Assembly: GCF_963921235.1 (NCBI RefSeq) | Contig: NC_086118.1 | Span: forward strand, 28,770,001 to 28,834,000 | Length of the DNA: 64,000 nt | Origin: Mobula hypostoma | Taxonomy: Eukaryota | Direction: 5' to 3' | Part shown: in pieces, positions 35,331 through 48,866 of the stretch | How the letters are laid out: each line of letters opens with the position of its first letter | Position numbering within the stretch: position 1 is the first letter of the stretch | The notes under the pieces: generated by a model | Databases searched by the model: none | Told to the model about the DNA's origin: nothing | What the model saw: only the letters and a program-made list of their open reading frames with translations | Made by a program: the position numbers and the translations under genes

Positions 35331-38300
35331 AGTGGGATATGGAATGAAAGCAAGCTAGTGGGACTGGTATACATGTACTGGATAGTCGGTGTAAATGCTG
35401 TAGGCCGAAGGGTTTGTTTCGATGGTCTACAACTCGATATCTTTAAAACTGTTTAAAAAATAAAGTTGACATATTTTGAGTTTAAACTAGCAACAATTCA
35501 TACTTGAACTAATTATCTATTTGAACCCGTTGGCCTCAAATAGATAATTTCAGTGCCACGGAGATTGTTTGGCTGTAATTGACACACTTGAAGTTATTAA
35601 ATAGGTGCTTTACTTGAAACAACTAACCTTTTTCAAGAAAGTTTAGTTTGCATGAAACATACAAATGCTTTACTAGTGAAGTTGACAGTGAGATGCCACT
35701 TTATCAAAACTAACTGTGAGGTGATGCATTTCAAAAAGCGACATTTGCATTCTGAATTAAACCCCCTATCTTCCCTCAGGGGACGTTACTGAAGCGTTTG
35801 AGTCTCAGTAACTCTGAATACCATTCACTTCACTATTACTTTGACAGCAATTTTTGGGACTCTTTTTTATATAACTTGGTTTCTTTCATTTCAAAATTCA
35901 AAAGTAAATTTGTTATTAAATTATGCATACCATGTACAACTTCGAAATGCATCTTCTTGCAGGCACCCACAAAACAAAGAAACACAATAGAATTGAGGAC
36001 AAACCACACAGAGCAAAGACCAGCAAACATCCAATGTGCAAAAAAAGAACAAGTCATGCAAATAATAAAAAAAAGTAAATAATACATAGAACGTGATCTG
36101 CAGAGCCCCCGATCGTCTTCAGGCTGCAGAGTCAGTTCAGTGCTGAGGTGAGCGAACGTGGTCCAGGAGGCCGATGTCTGCAGGGCAGGAACTGCTTCCA
36201 AACATGGTGGTGTGGGATCCAAGACTCCTGACTCTCCCGCCTGATGGTAGCAGCGAGTAGGGAGGGAGACAGGTCAAACAAAGACAGACGGAATGGGCTT
36301 AGTTGGGTGATCTTGGCTGACATGGAGAAGTGGATTGTACTTCAGGTGGAGAATAGAGCAACGTACAACAATTAAAGACATGAAATATTGAAAGGGCTCT
36401 GTCATCCTTCACACAATATTAACAATTATTTGCTGAGTGAGGATACCAAAGGATGTGGGACAGAGAAAGAAAAGTGGGGAAGAAGTAAAATTCAGTGTTG
36501 TCTGATCTGTATTGTGAAATCTGGATCACATTGCTAAGAAATTCATCCTAATCAGTAACATAAAATGGACTACTGCATATTCTATTCAACAGCCCAAATT
36601 CAGTTCCTTTCAAGTCAGTGGCAACAATATTCTAAGGTTCAATGGCGAGCAGCTGTTATTTATAAAGTTCATTCTCAGATTGAAGAAATGACAGCTTCAT
36701 TATAATATTAAAAATGGAGACAAGTGCTGTATGAGATTAGCAAGTAATTTATTTCTTGGGCATATTCTATTAGTAGTGCTGTTTTATGTGAGATGCAGCT
36801 GATTTCATTAACTATTATTTATGTGAAGAGACGTCTGAGACAAAACGAGGTTGGTGCAATGGTTAAAGGAGAAAGTAATTGTGCAAGTGAGGACTTTAAA
36901 AACATGATTAATCAGGATTCACAAAGATGATTGCCCTGATGCTCCTGAACTGGGAAGTAAAATTCAGCAACTGGGAAATTTGGTTTTCCAGAGCTTCCCT
37001 TCAAATTAGCTGCAGGGTGGACTTTATGTTTTATAAGGGACTTTCACCCCTGCCAGATTTAGGAAACTGGCTGCCTAGTAGGGAGGGAGGAAGCAGAGAG
37101 TCAGGATGAGGTGAGATGGAAGTCAAGGAGAGTGGGACATGGTGGGGTATTGTGAGCGTTGGGTTGTGAGGGGGAGTTGGAGGGTGAGGAGGGAGAGAGA
37201 AGGCAATAGGGGAGGCTGAGGAAATGTTAAAATTGGGAGATGGGGCGAGTTAGGCTTGAACATGAAACGGAACCGGACATAGGAAGTTGGGGGAGATGGA
37301 CATGGAGGGGTGAAGGAGGACAGACATTGTGCCATGTGGAGGGGTTGTATGTGGGAGGTTGGATGAGTTAGACAAAGGGTAGGGGGAATCAGTCAGGGCA
37401 TTGTTGGAAGGAGACAACCTTGGGAGGCTGGTATGAATAGGACAACGGGGATGGAGGCAGAAGTCAGGCATATGAAACTAGACAACGAGTTTGGCAATAG
37501 AGCTCAACACTGGGTTTCCAGGAGCTTCATAATGGATGTTAGCATGTTGAATAGCAATTAAAGAGATAAACAGTGGGAGATACAACAACAACAATGATCT
37601 GCATTTATGTATTAAAATTATTTAACTATTTTTAGAGATTTATAATGGTTAAACCATCTTTTACTGAGGTATGTTAGATTCTGAGGAGCAAATGAGGAAA
37701 GATTCTTTCCCTCAGGAAAAGTAGTCTTAGACTAAGTGCTCACCTGTTTAAAACAGAGATCGGATGGAATTTCTGCTCTTAAGAGACTGTGAGGCTTCAG
37801 AATAGTGTCCCCAAGAAAGCTGTGTAGGAATATTTTAATATTATTAAAGCCAAAATAGAACCAAGGAGGATCAAGGCAAGGCCTACAAGCAGAAATGTGT
37901 GGCTGAGGTCAAGATCTTACTGAGTGAGGGAGCAGGTTCAAAGGAATGTGTGACTTGTTCCTGCTGTTGTTACGCATGCAGTGTTCAGCGTCAAATAGTT
38001 CCTGGATTTTTTTTCTGCTTCTCCACACTCATTCGGTTTCTAGTTCTGCCACTTCTGGGCTGATCAGCTGGGTTAACAAGCCTCCAACACCCTCCCAGAG
38101 CAGGCATCACCTTCATTTGCATCATTCCGTTTCTCTTGGTCACTACCTCCTTGTAGTTTTTCCCTTTGTTCTCTGCACCACTCCCATCTCTCTACAATAA
38201 AAACATGTTTGATTCCTCAATTTACCTCCTAATGGAATTAGGAATTCCTAAATGATTATCAACCTGAAACGTTAACTATTTCACATTCCACACATGCTGC

Positions 38301-41300
38301 TTGACCTGCTGAACATCTGCAGCCTCCTCCATTTTCATATCAGCCCTAGAGACACCGCAGCAGAGATGAACTAGAATAAATACAAAGTTGAGAGGGTTCT
38401 CCTTTAAGGAATGATTGCTATAGATGGATCTCTGCTGTCGAGCTCATGATGGGAAGGGAAGTGACAGCACTTAAACATAATATTAAGTGAATTAGCAGAG
38501 TGGATGAAGAGCAGCTATTTTCCGTGGCAGTGAATGGACGTGACATAAAGATTAGTGGTTAGCTAATTAGGACTGAGATGGAGAGAGATTTCTTCACTCA
38601 TGGGTTTGTGAATGCCAAGTTCCTTCGCACATTCAAGATTGTATTTGGGATCCTAATAGAGCAAAGGGATATGATAATGTGGAAAGAAGGGGTTTGAAGA
38701 TCAGTGATAGTTTTGTTGAAAGATGGTATAACCTCAAAATGCTGCATGCCATGCTTATTCTATTTTTAAGTGTACCCTGGACTGGCTGCTGTAAGCCTGT
38801 TGCAATTTATGAATATAATTCAGTTCCACTTGTTCAAAACAAAATCTTCCTTGAGTATAAAGCTGTCAATCAACACTCTAGAACTTCATTAATTGTGCAT
38901 CACTTAAACAATACATTTACAAATGTTTGTATTTTTTGCTGGAAGATGCTGTTTTTTACTAAGCAGAGAGAAATTTTATCTCATCTTTACAGAACTGAAA
39001 ATCATAGCAATGTTGACCATTTAGAAAAATAACAACAGTCTTTTGATCTATTATAACCCTGAAGAGGGCCAACTAGTGGTGCTGATGGACAGTTAAATCA
39101 AATATTCATCAGATACGCACGTCATGGTGCACGCTCGCAGGACTGGTCCCAAGTCCAGAGGGACAGTAGACTTTCTCTGTCATGGAGGTCACTGGCACTG
39201 ACTCAACCCAGGTGCACAGGGCGGCACGTTCTGTCACGGTAAGCATTGAAACAACTCGACCCCAGGAGCGGAGGAATGGCAGACATCCCATGAAGAGACG
39301 AAAACAAGAAGTTAGACATAGGACTACCAACAAAGCATTGGGGGCATGAGCAAGTGACGCCATGAGACAAATCATCATCAAGCACACAGTAGGACTCCAC
39401 TTGCAGAGCACAATGAGAGTCCCCTTTAAATAAACGTAGAATCTGGGAAGCACGTCCATGTTGTTTGAAACTCGAAGAAGTGAAGACTGGGCATCACACC
39501 ATCACAAACAATCCTAGAAACTTCTGTGTTTGTGTGGGGCAACTGGTGGAAGGTACAACCGTGTGGAAACTTTCATATTCACGTAAGTGCCTGGAAATTC
39601 ATCCCTCATTCACTGCCCATGAAGATCAAAGGAAACAAATTTCATCAGAGGCGATAAAGCACAGACTTTATATTTAAGATCTTTAGCACTACTAATTTTG
39701 ACCCAAAAATGTTTCATTCTATGAATTGAGCGGAGACAAAGACAACCAGAATTTTTTTCAGGCCTCCAGCTGTTTCTGGCCCATTTCCAGATGTTAGCCA
39801 ACAGTAGGTCAAAATCATTGTGCATGTACCCCATAGTGCTTGGGTGAGAATTGAATTTGCCATTCAGATTTCCAACCAGCAAACTGCTGTAAATTAGAAT
39901 CCGCTCCCTGTAGTGGATGAAATTTACTTCAGATTGTGTGAAGTGGTACATTTTGATCAGAATACCAAAGAAGTGATTATACTGTATCTAATTTTTTCCC
40001 CTGAAATGTGAGATATAGTTATGCACTTTCCACTAAGAGGAAACAACCTCCAAGCATGTAACCTGTCAATTCTCCTCAGGATGATTAATAAAGGAAAAAA
40101 CTAAAAATTTCAAGAATGTTATGCAAACCTGTTATAAACCATTGGCTCTGTTTTGCTTGTTGCATGGTGTTCATTTTGGGGCACCAATATCTCAGAAGAA
40201 TGTCAAGTCCTTGGATAGAGTGCATAAGAGATCTGCAAAATTGTTACTACGGATGAAGGACTTGAAAGGAACTGGCAAAGCTGGTGTTATATTCCATAAA
40301 GAGTAAAGCAGAGATTAAATAAAAATATTTAAGCTTATGCAAATATTAATACAGCAAAAAAAAGTAAAATTCTAGACGTAGTAGGCTCAGTAACCAAAGG
40401 GAAAAGAATGAAAGTACTCCACACAAAAAAAAATTATAAGAAGAGGAAATTAATTTTATTTTCCCATAGCATGTTCCAATGTGAAAGGATGATGAAAACA
40501 TTTTAATGGTAACATTTAAAAATGATTGGATAAATTAATATTTTTTTTAAATAACGTGGCTATGGAGAATGATCAGTGGACCAGCAACTAGTTAGCTCTG
40601 CCAAAAAGTTAACAGAGAAACACTGGTCTGAATAGCTTTCTTTCATGTGGTACCATCCTATGATTGTATGTTTGGTGTTTTTAAAATGCATCGGTTTGCA
40701 CATTTAGAGTTTGCTTTCCAATTTCACATTCATATTAGATTATGTTTGCCAAAAAAAATGACGTTAATCTTTGAAGAATGTGGACACATGTTACCAAGAG
40801 AGAATGAGAGAAAGTGATGGACACTAGACAGAACTGTTTCACAAAGTTTGGAAAATTAGACACATCTAAGTTTTTTAACATTTTGAGCTAATTGAAGTTT
40901 TGAGACCATTGGTGTTGCAAAGTTTTTTTAACTGGTTTGTGAATTGCCTCATTGTTGATTCTCTTCTTATTTTTCATAATTTTTCATATTATTAGGTTTC
41001 TCTTCTGTCCAGATACTTATTTGAGGCTGCTGTGCATTGATTCTGTTAGTGAACAAATCACCAGTCACGCATAAATGGGAGATATGTGTTTTGTTAAAAT
41101 TCAGTCCTTCTGTCACTTCCTAGGAATGTAAGTTGGAACACTTTCTTTGCAAAAACAATGTGAAACTTGTGTGACTCTCTATTACCCTTCATGTCCTGAG
41201 TATATAATTTCAAATGCAAAAGTTGAGCCAAAACTGAAAGCTTCTGAGGATCTTTTTGGGAGTATTATTTCCCTGTCATTTGCTGACTTACTTCTCTCTG

Positions 41301-42433
41301 GTGTTTATTGGAATAGCAGTTAATATTTCTTGTGACACAGAGGATGTATTATACAGAGCTGTAGGATATGAATTGTATCCCATAAATCTTCATCATTATG
41401 CCATATTTTAAAAATTAATTATGTAAAGAGGCAAAAAACAAGGTTTAACAGGGGCATGGTATTCCTTTGTGAATTAGTTTCAATGCAATTGAAAAGAACG
41501 TGAGTGCTAATTAAGCAGGCGTTGTGTGATCAGGATAGGTTGGACGTTGATCTCTCTCTGGACAAATCATCAAAGGAAAGTAGTTCCAGTAACTAGAATG
41601 TGAGATGAGGCTATCTATATTTTATGGAAGTAATACCATGTAGGATATAAATTATATAGAGACAATAACAAATGTGAAAGCATTTCCTGTCAAGAGTACA
41701 TTTATAAGAAACCCATGGTCTTTCTGGAAGATTGGGGAATTCAGAATTCATGTTCTTTATATAATTCATATAGCAGTATTACATTTGTTCTTCTGCATTA
41801 AATATAACTATGGCCCACCTAACAGGTTCGGATTGACCCAGAGGCTCATTTTTCAGTAGGAGCACGTCACTCACTATTGTTGAAGCAAATTTGCTTCCAT
41901 TAGAGATTCTGACCTAGAAATTCAATCAAAGCTAAACTCAGCATAGGCCTGTAACAATCAGATTCATCTGCTTCCCTTATTTATACATTACCAGGAGACT
42001 GATGGACATAGTGTGGGGAAAGCAAAGTGGGTGGGAAGGGGCTGTTCAGATGTTAAAAAATATCTGGGTGAGGGCAGCTTAGGCAGAAGGGCAAGGAGGT
42101 CCATGAGGCAGTTGGGAAGGGAGTGGAATAACAGAAGGAGGTAAATTCAATATGGAATAATGAATAGTTCTTTTTTTCTTGAGGAATTGTTGAAGCAAAC
42201 AATGAAGTTCATACTAACTGCTCAGCTTCCAGTAGCCCCTTTAAAGACTGATAAATACTCAATAGACTGAAAACCAAGATAAACATGGGTTTCAAGTAAG
42301 ATATGTGTTGTGCTCCTTCACAGTCTTGTTTGGCAAAGGGGTTGGAGTGGTCTTTGACAACCCCACAACCCCCCCCCCACCTAATTTTCAGACATTCTTC
42401 TGCGTGAATCCAAAGTGTTGTAACCCTAACATT

Positions 42434-42438
<5 letters not shown>

Positions 42439-42486
<48 letters not shown>

Positions 42487-42488
42487 TG
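42439..42488. repeat. (TG)n microsatellite
   Basis: Directly visible. Confidence 0.95.
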
Positions 42489-43344
42489 TTTGTGAAGTAC
42501 ATGTGGAACTGTCAAATATTTCAGGGTCCAGACCTCCTAAAATAAACATCATAGCTACTTGAATTATCTTTAATTTTGTAAGGGTCTTTGTCATGTATCT
42601 ATACCAGGCTGAATACAAACTTCACTATTTACTGATCGTTCAATTACTGATGCTTAGAGATCTGCTGGCTGAAGCAGACCACCCAGAGAGTATATCTCTG
42701 AATATCTGTCGTGTATTATCTTTCCCTGCTGAATTGAATTAATGCTTTCATTGTCACCATACTTAGTATCCTGGCTGATAGAACTTCTGATGTTAACATT
42801 AGCTGCATGCTGATTTTGTACCAGACATTTATGATTTTTAAATATACTTATTCAGATTATACTGTCATCTGTACTCAAATATTGAAGAATAACTAGTCTA
42901 GTAAAAGCATCCACACAGTTTAATTCAAACAATTGTTTAGTTGTGTTTGATTTGACAGGCATATAGGCCAGAACACATGCAATGTAATTTGTTCATTTTA
43001 ATGAAGGCAATTATATTGGCAATATTGGCAAAAATTATTGAAGTTACATGGAAAACTCTTGACTGTTAAGCCTATCGTCAATTATTAATTCTATCAGAAA
43101 GAAAGGAATTGGCTTGAAAACCATTTCCTTGCTTTGATCTCCCTCTGCAAATTCTCCATTCTTCTTCACAATTGCCTGCACTGTAATTCTTGAAATAAAA
43201 AGCAGAAAATGCAAGAGATACTCAACAAAAGAGACAGCACCTGTGGAGAAAAAATATATAGCTGACATTTAAGGTCCTTGATTTGTTTTGCTTTTTCAGT
43301 TCTGGCTTGATATGTGATCTCCTGAGCACAACTTCTATGTTGTG

Positions 43345-44200
43345 CTACAAGATAATATAGATAGAGGGATATAGATACGTTAAGTGAGTGGGCCAAGGTC
43401 TGGCAAATGGAATACAATGTTTGTAAATGTGAGATCATCCACTTTGGAAGGAATAATAGAAGAGCAGATTATTATTTAAATGGTGAAATGCTGTCGTGCA
43501 GAGGGACTTGGGAGTGCTTATGCATGAATCGCAAAAAGTTGGGGCTTGCAGGTAAAACAGGCTATTAAGAATGCAAAAGGAATGTTGGCCTTCATTGCTA
43601 GAGGGATTTAATTCAAGAGCAGAGAGGTTATGCTGCAACTATACAGGGTACTGGTGAGGCCGCACCTGGAGTACTGTATACAGTTCTGTTCTTCATACTT
43701 GAGGAAGACTTTGGAGGCAGTGCAGAGGAGGTTCACCAGGTTGATTCCAGAGATGAAGGGGTTAACCTATGAGGAGAGATTGGGTCACCCAGGACTATAT
43801 TCTCTGAAATTCAGAAGAATGAGAGGGGAGCTTATAGAAACATACAAAATTTTGAAAGGGATAGATAAGATAGAAGTAGGAAAGTTGTTTCCATTGGTAG
43901 GTGAGACTTGAACAGGGGACATTGCCTCAAGATTCAGAGGAGAAGATTTAGGACGGAGATGAGGAGAAACTGTTTTTTCCAGAGAGTGGTGAATCTGTGG
44001 AATTCTCTGCCCAGGGACGCAGTTGAGGCTTCTTCACTAAATATATTTAAGGTACAATTAGACAGATTTTTACATAGTAGGGGAATTAAGGGTTATGAGG
44101 AAAAGGCAGGTAGATGGAGCTGAGCTTATGGACAGATCAGCCATGATCTTATTGAATGGGCCGGATGGCCTACTCCTGCTCCTATTTCTTGTGTTTTTGT
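43345..44200 (+). mobile_element. 5'-truncated CR1 LINE
   Basis: MLQLYRVLVRPHLEYCIQF...EAVQRRFTRLIPEM and RGHCLKI...RRNCFFQRVVNLWNSLP, followed by the 3' UTR GATCAGCCATGATCTTATTGAATGG...GGCCTACTCCTGCTCCTAT. Confidence 0.9.
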
Positions 44201-44467
44201 GTACAGAATAGAGTACAGGTTAAAACTCTGTAGTCTGGTATTCTTTGGTCCAGCAACTCTTGCGGTCCAGCATGTTTTGAGTCTATAGTACAGATCTAAA
44301 ACAATTAACTCATCCTAACTGAAATCTAAAATGAACTAAGATCTCTGCTGATCTCCACATAATTAAACTAACAGCGCATTTTTTTTGCGATCTCAGCTGA
44401 CAACAATTCCAGCCAATAGTCCAATCAGATTTAAGCAAAATTCAGAATATGAATGGTTCTTGGAATC

Positions 44468-44778
44468 CATAAAGACCATAAGGCCATAAGATATAGTAGA
44501 TGAATTAGAACATTTGGCCTATCGAGTCTGTTCCGCCATTTCATCATGACTGAATCCAAGTTTCCTCTCAGTCCCAGTCTGCTGCCTTCACCCCATTACC
44601 CTTCATGCCCTGAACGGTCAAGAATCTATCAAACTCTGCCATAAATATACATAGAAGTTTGGCTTCCAAAGCTGCCTGTGGCAGGGAATTCAACAGTTTC
44701 ACTAGTTTCTAGCTAAAAAAATTTCTCCTCAAATCCATTCTAAAAGGATGACCCTCTATTCTGAGGCTGCGTTCTCTG
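44468..44778 (-). mobile_element. CR1 3' fragment, host site of the Gypsy element
   Basis: (CCATAAG)n tail at 44468-44490 and reverse-complement CR1 3' UTR and ORF end, stopping abruptly at the LTR. Confidence 0.8.
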
Positions 44779-45010
44779 TGATGCACTATCAATTGCTCCA
44801 AAAGACTGGAAGTAGAGTAAATACTGAAAGGCTTTTATTAGCAGTAAAATGGACCAACGTCCATGTTGAATATCTGTCCTGGACTGAGGGAGGAGCAGTG
44901 GCACAATTGCCTTTATTCAGGGGTCTGTGGGAGGAGCCACAGGGGCAGTCAGCAGAGGGGTGTGTCCAGACAGGTAACCCAGTTACAACATATATACGTG
45001 GTTTACCACA
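44779..45010 (-). repeat. 3' LTR (232 bp)
   Basis: Sense strand TGTGGTAAACCAC...GATAGTGCATCA with TG...CA ends and internal AATAAA, preceded by a purine tract. Confidence 0.9.
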
Positions 45011-45026
45011 TTCACCCCTGCTTTTT
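45011..45026 (-). other. Polypurine tract
   Basis: Sense AAAAAGCAGGGGTGAA immediately 5' of the LTR TG. Confidence 0.75.
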
Positions 45027-45080
45027 AAAAAAGAGAGTCCCGCGGGGTGAAGTGACTGACAATATTTAAAACAAGTATAT

Positions 45081-46225
45081 TTACAGGTTAAGTCTATCAG
45101 GCGGTCGAGTCCGTCGCTGTGATCTACGTAGCACCGGCGGTGATTGCATTGGCGACGGTGGTTGTGCTGGCTCCGGCCTGACTTCAGGTGTCAGCACGTT
45201 AGGCCTCGGTAATCCCTCGTGTGTGTGCGTCGCGCCCGGTATGGGAGTGCCGTGTGGTGTCTGTGTAGGGCTTGGAGTGCGTGGTGTCTCGTGGGTATAT
45301 ATATCGGTGGGTACAGAGTTAATAGTCACCACGGAGTGTTCAGGGTAGGGGCCCGGAGCTCCTGCGGGCGCCAGGTCGCGGATGGAGACCGTGTCCTCCC
45401 GCCCATCAGATAAAACCATGTAGGCATACTGGGGGTTTGCATGAAGTAAGTGAACCCTCTCGACCATCGGGGAGTATTTATTGCTCCTCGCATGTTTCCG
45501 GAGCAGCACTGGCCCCGGGAACGTCAGCCAAGTTGGTAGGGTGGTCCCGGTGGTCGACTTCGTGGGAAAAGAAAAGAGCCGCTCATGAGGGGTGGCATTG
45601 GTGGCCGTGCATAACAGGGAGCGGATGGAGTGGAGTGCCTCAGGAAGGACCTCCTGCCAGCGGGAGACCAGCAGTCCCTTTGACCTGAGGGCTAAGAGTG
45701 TGGCTTTCCACACTGTGCCATTCTCCTTCTCTACCTGTCCATTCCCCCGGGGATTATAGCTCGTGGTCCTACTGGTTGCAATTCCCCTAGCCAGCAGGTA
45801 TTGGCGCAGCTCGTCACTCATAAACGAGGACCCTCTGTCACTGTGGATATAGCATGGGTATCTGAACAGAGTGAAGAGCTTGCGCAGGGCTTTTAAGACT
45901 GACATGGTAGTGGTATCGGGGCAGGAGATGGCGAAGGGGAACCGCGAGTACTCGTCGATTACGTTAAGAAAGTACACATTGCAGTTGGTGGAGGGAAGGG
46001 GGCCCTTAAAGTCGACACTCAATCGCTCAAAGGGGCAGGTGGCCTTGATTAGTTGTGCCTTTTCAGGTTGATAGAAGTGCAGTTTGCACTCTGCGCAGAC
46101 TTGGCAGTCACTGGTCATTTTCCTGATCTCCTCAAGGAAGTAAGGCAGATTCCGGACTTTCATGGTGGAAAAGCTGGGTGACCCCTGCGTGGCAAAGATC
46201 TGCATGTAGGGCATATAGCAGGTCG
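45081..46225 (-). pseudogene. pol: Integrase (HHCC split by frameshift, DDE core, Pro/Thr-rich tail)
   Basis: LHADLCHAGV / CQVCAEC; RLSVDFKGP, IHSDRGSSF, GNGQVEKEN; ends LRRSQRRTRPPDRLNL. No chromodomain seen. Confidence 0.92.
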
Positions 46226-47400
46226 ATCTGCGCGCTGGCGCACGTTCCCCGGGATAGGGCATCGGAGGGCTCGTTGAGCTTCCCAGGCCTGTACATGATG
46301 TCATAGTTGTAGGTGGAGAGTTCGATTCTCCACCTCAGAATTTTATCATTTTTGATTTTGCCCCACTGTTGGTTACTAAACACGAATGTGACTGAGCACT
46401 GGTCAGTCAGCAGGGTGAACTTTTTGTTGGCGAGATAGTGCCTCCAGTGCCTAATAGCTTCCACTAAGGCCTGAGCCTCTTTCTCCACTGCAGAATGCCG
46501 AATTTCAGGGCCTTGAACGATACGGGAGAAGAATGCCACCGGTCTTCCCGCCTGGTTGAGGGTAGCAGCCAGCGTGAAGTCAGAGGCGTCACTCTCTACT
46601 TGGAAGGGAATGGCCTCATCCACCGCATGCATTGCTGCTTTGGCAATGTCGCCTTTAATGCAGCTGAAGGCCGCGCGGGACTCGACTGGGAGGGGGAATG
46701 TGGTGGACTTGACCAGGGGGCGGGCCTTGAAGGCATAGTTAGAGACCCATTGGGCGTAATATGAAAAGAAGCCCAGACACCTTTTGAGGGCTCTGAGGGT
46801 GTTGGGAAGAGGGAGTTCCAACAAGGGGCACATACGGCCAGGGTCAGGGCCAATGACTCCATTCTCCACGACACACCGAAGGATAGCAAGTCGGGTGGTC
46901 CCGAATACACACTTGTCCTTGTTATAGGTGAGACTGAAAGCTTTGGCTGCTTGGAAAAATTTTCGGAGGTCGTTGTCGTGATCCTACCAGTTGTGAATGC
47001 AGATGGCGATATTATCCAGATATGGGAACGTGGCCTTCAGTTGGCATTGGTCCACCATCTGGTCCATTGCCCTCTGGAAGACAGATACACCATTCGTGAC
47101 ACCGAAGGGGACGCGCAGGAATTGATAAAGCCTGCCGTCCGCCTCGAAGGCAGTGTAAGGGTGGTCCTCCCAGCAGATGGGGAGCTGATGGTAAGCGGAT
47201 TTTAGGTCTATGGTTGAGTACACCTTGTGCTGTGCTATCTGATTGACCATATCCACGATGCGGGGTAGAGGGTACACGTCGAGCTGCGTGAATCTATTGA
47301 TGGTCTGGCTATAGTCCACGACCATCTTATTCTTCTCCCCGTTCCGAACAACGACCACCTGCGCCCTCCAAGGACTTGTGCTTGCCTCAATGACCCCCCT
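46226..47400 (-). pseudogene. pol: Reverse transcriptase and RNase H (stops and frameshifts)
   Basis: KMVVDYSQTINRFTQLDVYPLPRI, IDLKSAYHQ, YTAF, VPFGVTNGVSVFQR, FPYLDNI; RNase H VESDASD...EKEAQAL...FTLLTDQ...PSDALSR. Confidence 0.93.
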
Positions 47401-47659
47401 CCCTGAGCAGCCGCTGCACCTCCGACTTAATGAAAGCTCTGTCCCCCGCGCTGTACCTCCTGCTTTTAGTTGCCACAGGTTTACAGTCGGGTGTCAGGTT
47501 GGCAAACAGCGGTGGGGGAGGGATCTTGAGGGTGGAGAGGTCACAAGTGGTGTCCATAGTGCGGCTATTGGCATGGTGTTGGGTGGGATGTGCGGGTCAG
47601 TGTGTGTGTGGGTGGTCAGTAGCGGGGTATGTGACGTATTCCTACAAAACTGAGGGTTT

Positions 47660-47962
47660 CTGACAGTGCTTGGTGGGAGGGGCCCGTCATACTCCACTGT
47701 CACGCTTTTCAGGTGGCTCTGGAAGTCGAGCCCCAATAGCACAGGGGCACACAGTTGAGGCATGACCAGTAATGTAAAGTCTCGATATTCTGTGCCCTGC
47801 ACCACTAGCGTCGCTACACAACCCCCCCGGATGGTCTGTTACATGACTAACCGGCCGTATCGCGAGTCCGCAATGCTGCACCGTGTCCAGGTGGATAAAA
47901 CTCTCCGTGCTGCCCGTGTCAAACAGGCTGCTGGTCCTGCACCCCTCCACCAGGATGTCCAT
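47660..47962 (-). pseudogene. pol: Aspartic protease
   Basis: LFDTGSTESFI, and LCAPVLLGLDF in a second frame. Confidence 0.88.
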
Positions 47963-48121
47963 GATAAACTTGCGAGCTGTTGGGAAGCGCTTTGGTTGAG
48001 GGTCACGGAGGCCAGAGTTAGGTCGCTATCTTGGTCTGCAGCCGCAAGATGACAATGGCCAATATGGCGACCCCCATGCCTCGCACGCGGCGCTGCTCGT
48101 TCCCGCTCGCAGTTTGGACTT

Positions 48122-48842
48122 TTAGGCCTTGGCGAAGTGGCCCTTCTTTCCGCAGCTGGAGCAGGTAGCTTCTTGGGCCGGGCAGCGTTTCCAGGGGTGT
48201 TTCTTGAGTCCACAGAAGTAGCACTTCGTGGGCTCACAACTGGCAGCAGCCGCGATCGATTCGCCGGCGGGTTGCGGGGTCTGCGGCGTCCACGAGGCCG
48301 TCAGGAGATCGCGAGCCTGGAGAGCATCAGAGTTGTGCAGGGTGGCCTCCAGCGTATCGGCCAGCTCAATTGCCGAATGTAAGGTAAGATCGGCATGTTC
48401 CAGCAGCCGCTGGTGCACATACACTGACCTGGTCCCCGTGATGAAGGCGTCTCTTACTAGGAGCTCCGCATGCTCTTCGGCCGTAGGCTCCCAGGAATCG
48501 CAGGCCCACACGAGTGTCTGTAGGGCCTGGACGAACTCAGCGCTCAACTCTCCGGGCCGCTGCTGCTGCGTCGCTAAGCGATGTCGCGCATTGACGGTGT
48601 TTACCAGCCGCAGGTATTGTCTTCTGAGGGTGCTCACCGTCGTAGCTCGGCTGGTCTCTAATCATTGAGTAAACCCATGGACTGACCCTGGAGAGGAGAA
48701 TTCTGCGCTTCGCGGCAGATTCAGTCACTTCAATCTCCTCCAGGTATGATTCGAAGCGGGCCAGCCAGAGTTCGAAAGCGTTTCCAGCTTCAAGTGTTTG
48801 CGGGTTGAGGTCTAGCTTGTCGGGTCTCAGCGTGTGTTCCAT
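48122..48842 (-). pseudogene. gag: Gag with two CCHC zinc knuckles (one frameshift near 48640)
   Basis: MEHTLRPDKLDLNP...WLARFESYL; ARHRLATQQQRPGE...LVRDAFITG; CYFCGLKKHPWKRC and CSSCGKKGHFAK. Confidence 0.88.
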
Positions 48843-48851
48843 GCTTTAAAA

Positions 48852-48866
48852 TTACTGCTAATAAAA
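48852..48866 (-). promoter_or_regulatory. Putative self-complementary primer-binding site
   Basis: Sense TTTTATTAGCAGTAA lies 1 nt after the 5' LTR end and is the exact reverse complement of the LTR-internal 15-mer at 44833-44847. Confidence 0.75.

Noticed and set aside
37075..37480. Strongly purine/G-rich tract with G-quadruplex potential
   Set aside because: Low complexity, probably a decayed repeat; no regular unit or supporting feature.
39058..39090. CCCTGAAGAGGGCC, a possible hammerhead core
   Set aside because: No closing stem II or GAAA-NUH half follows.
45219..48668. Several plus-strand ORFs of 60-146 aa
   Set aside because: Antisense shadows of the GC-rich Gypsy gag-pol.
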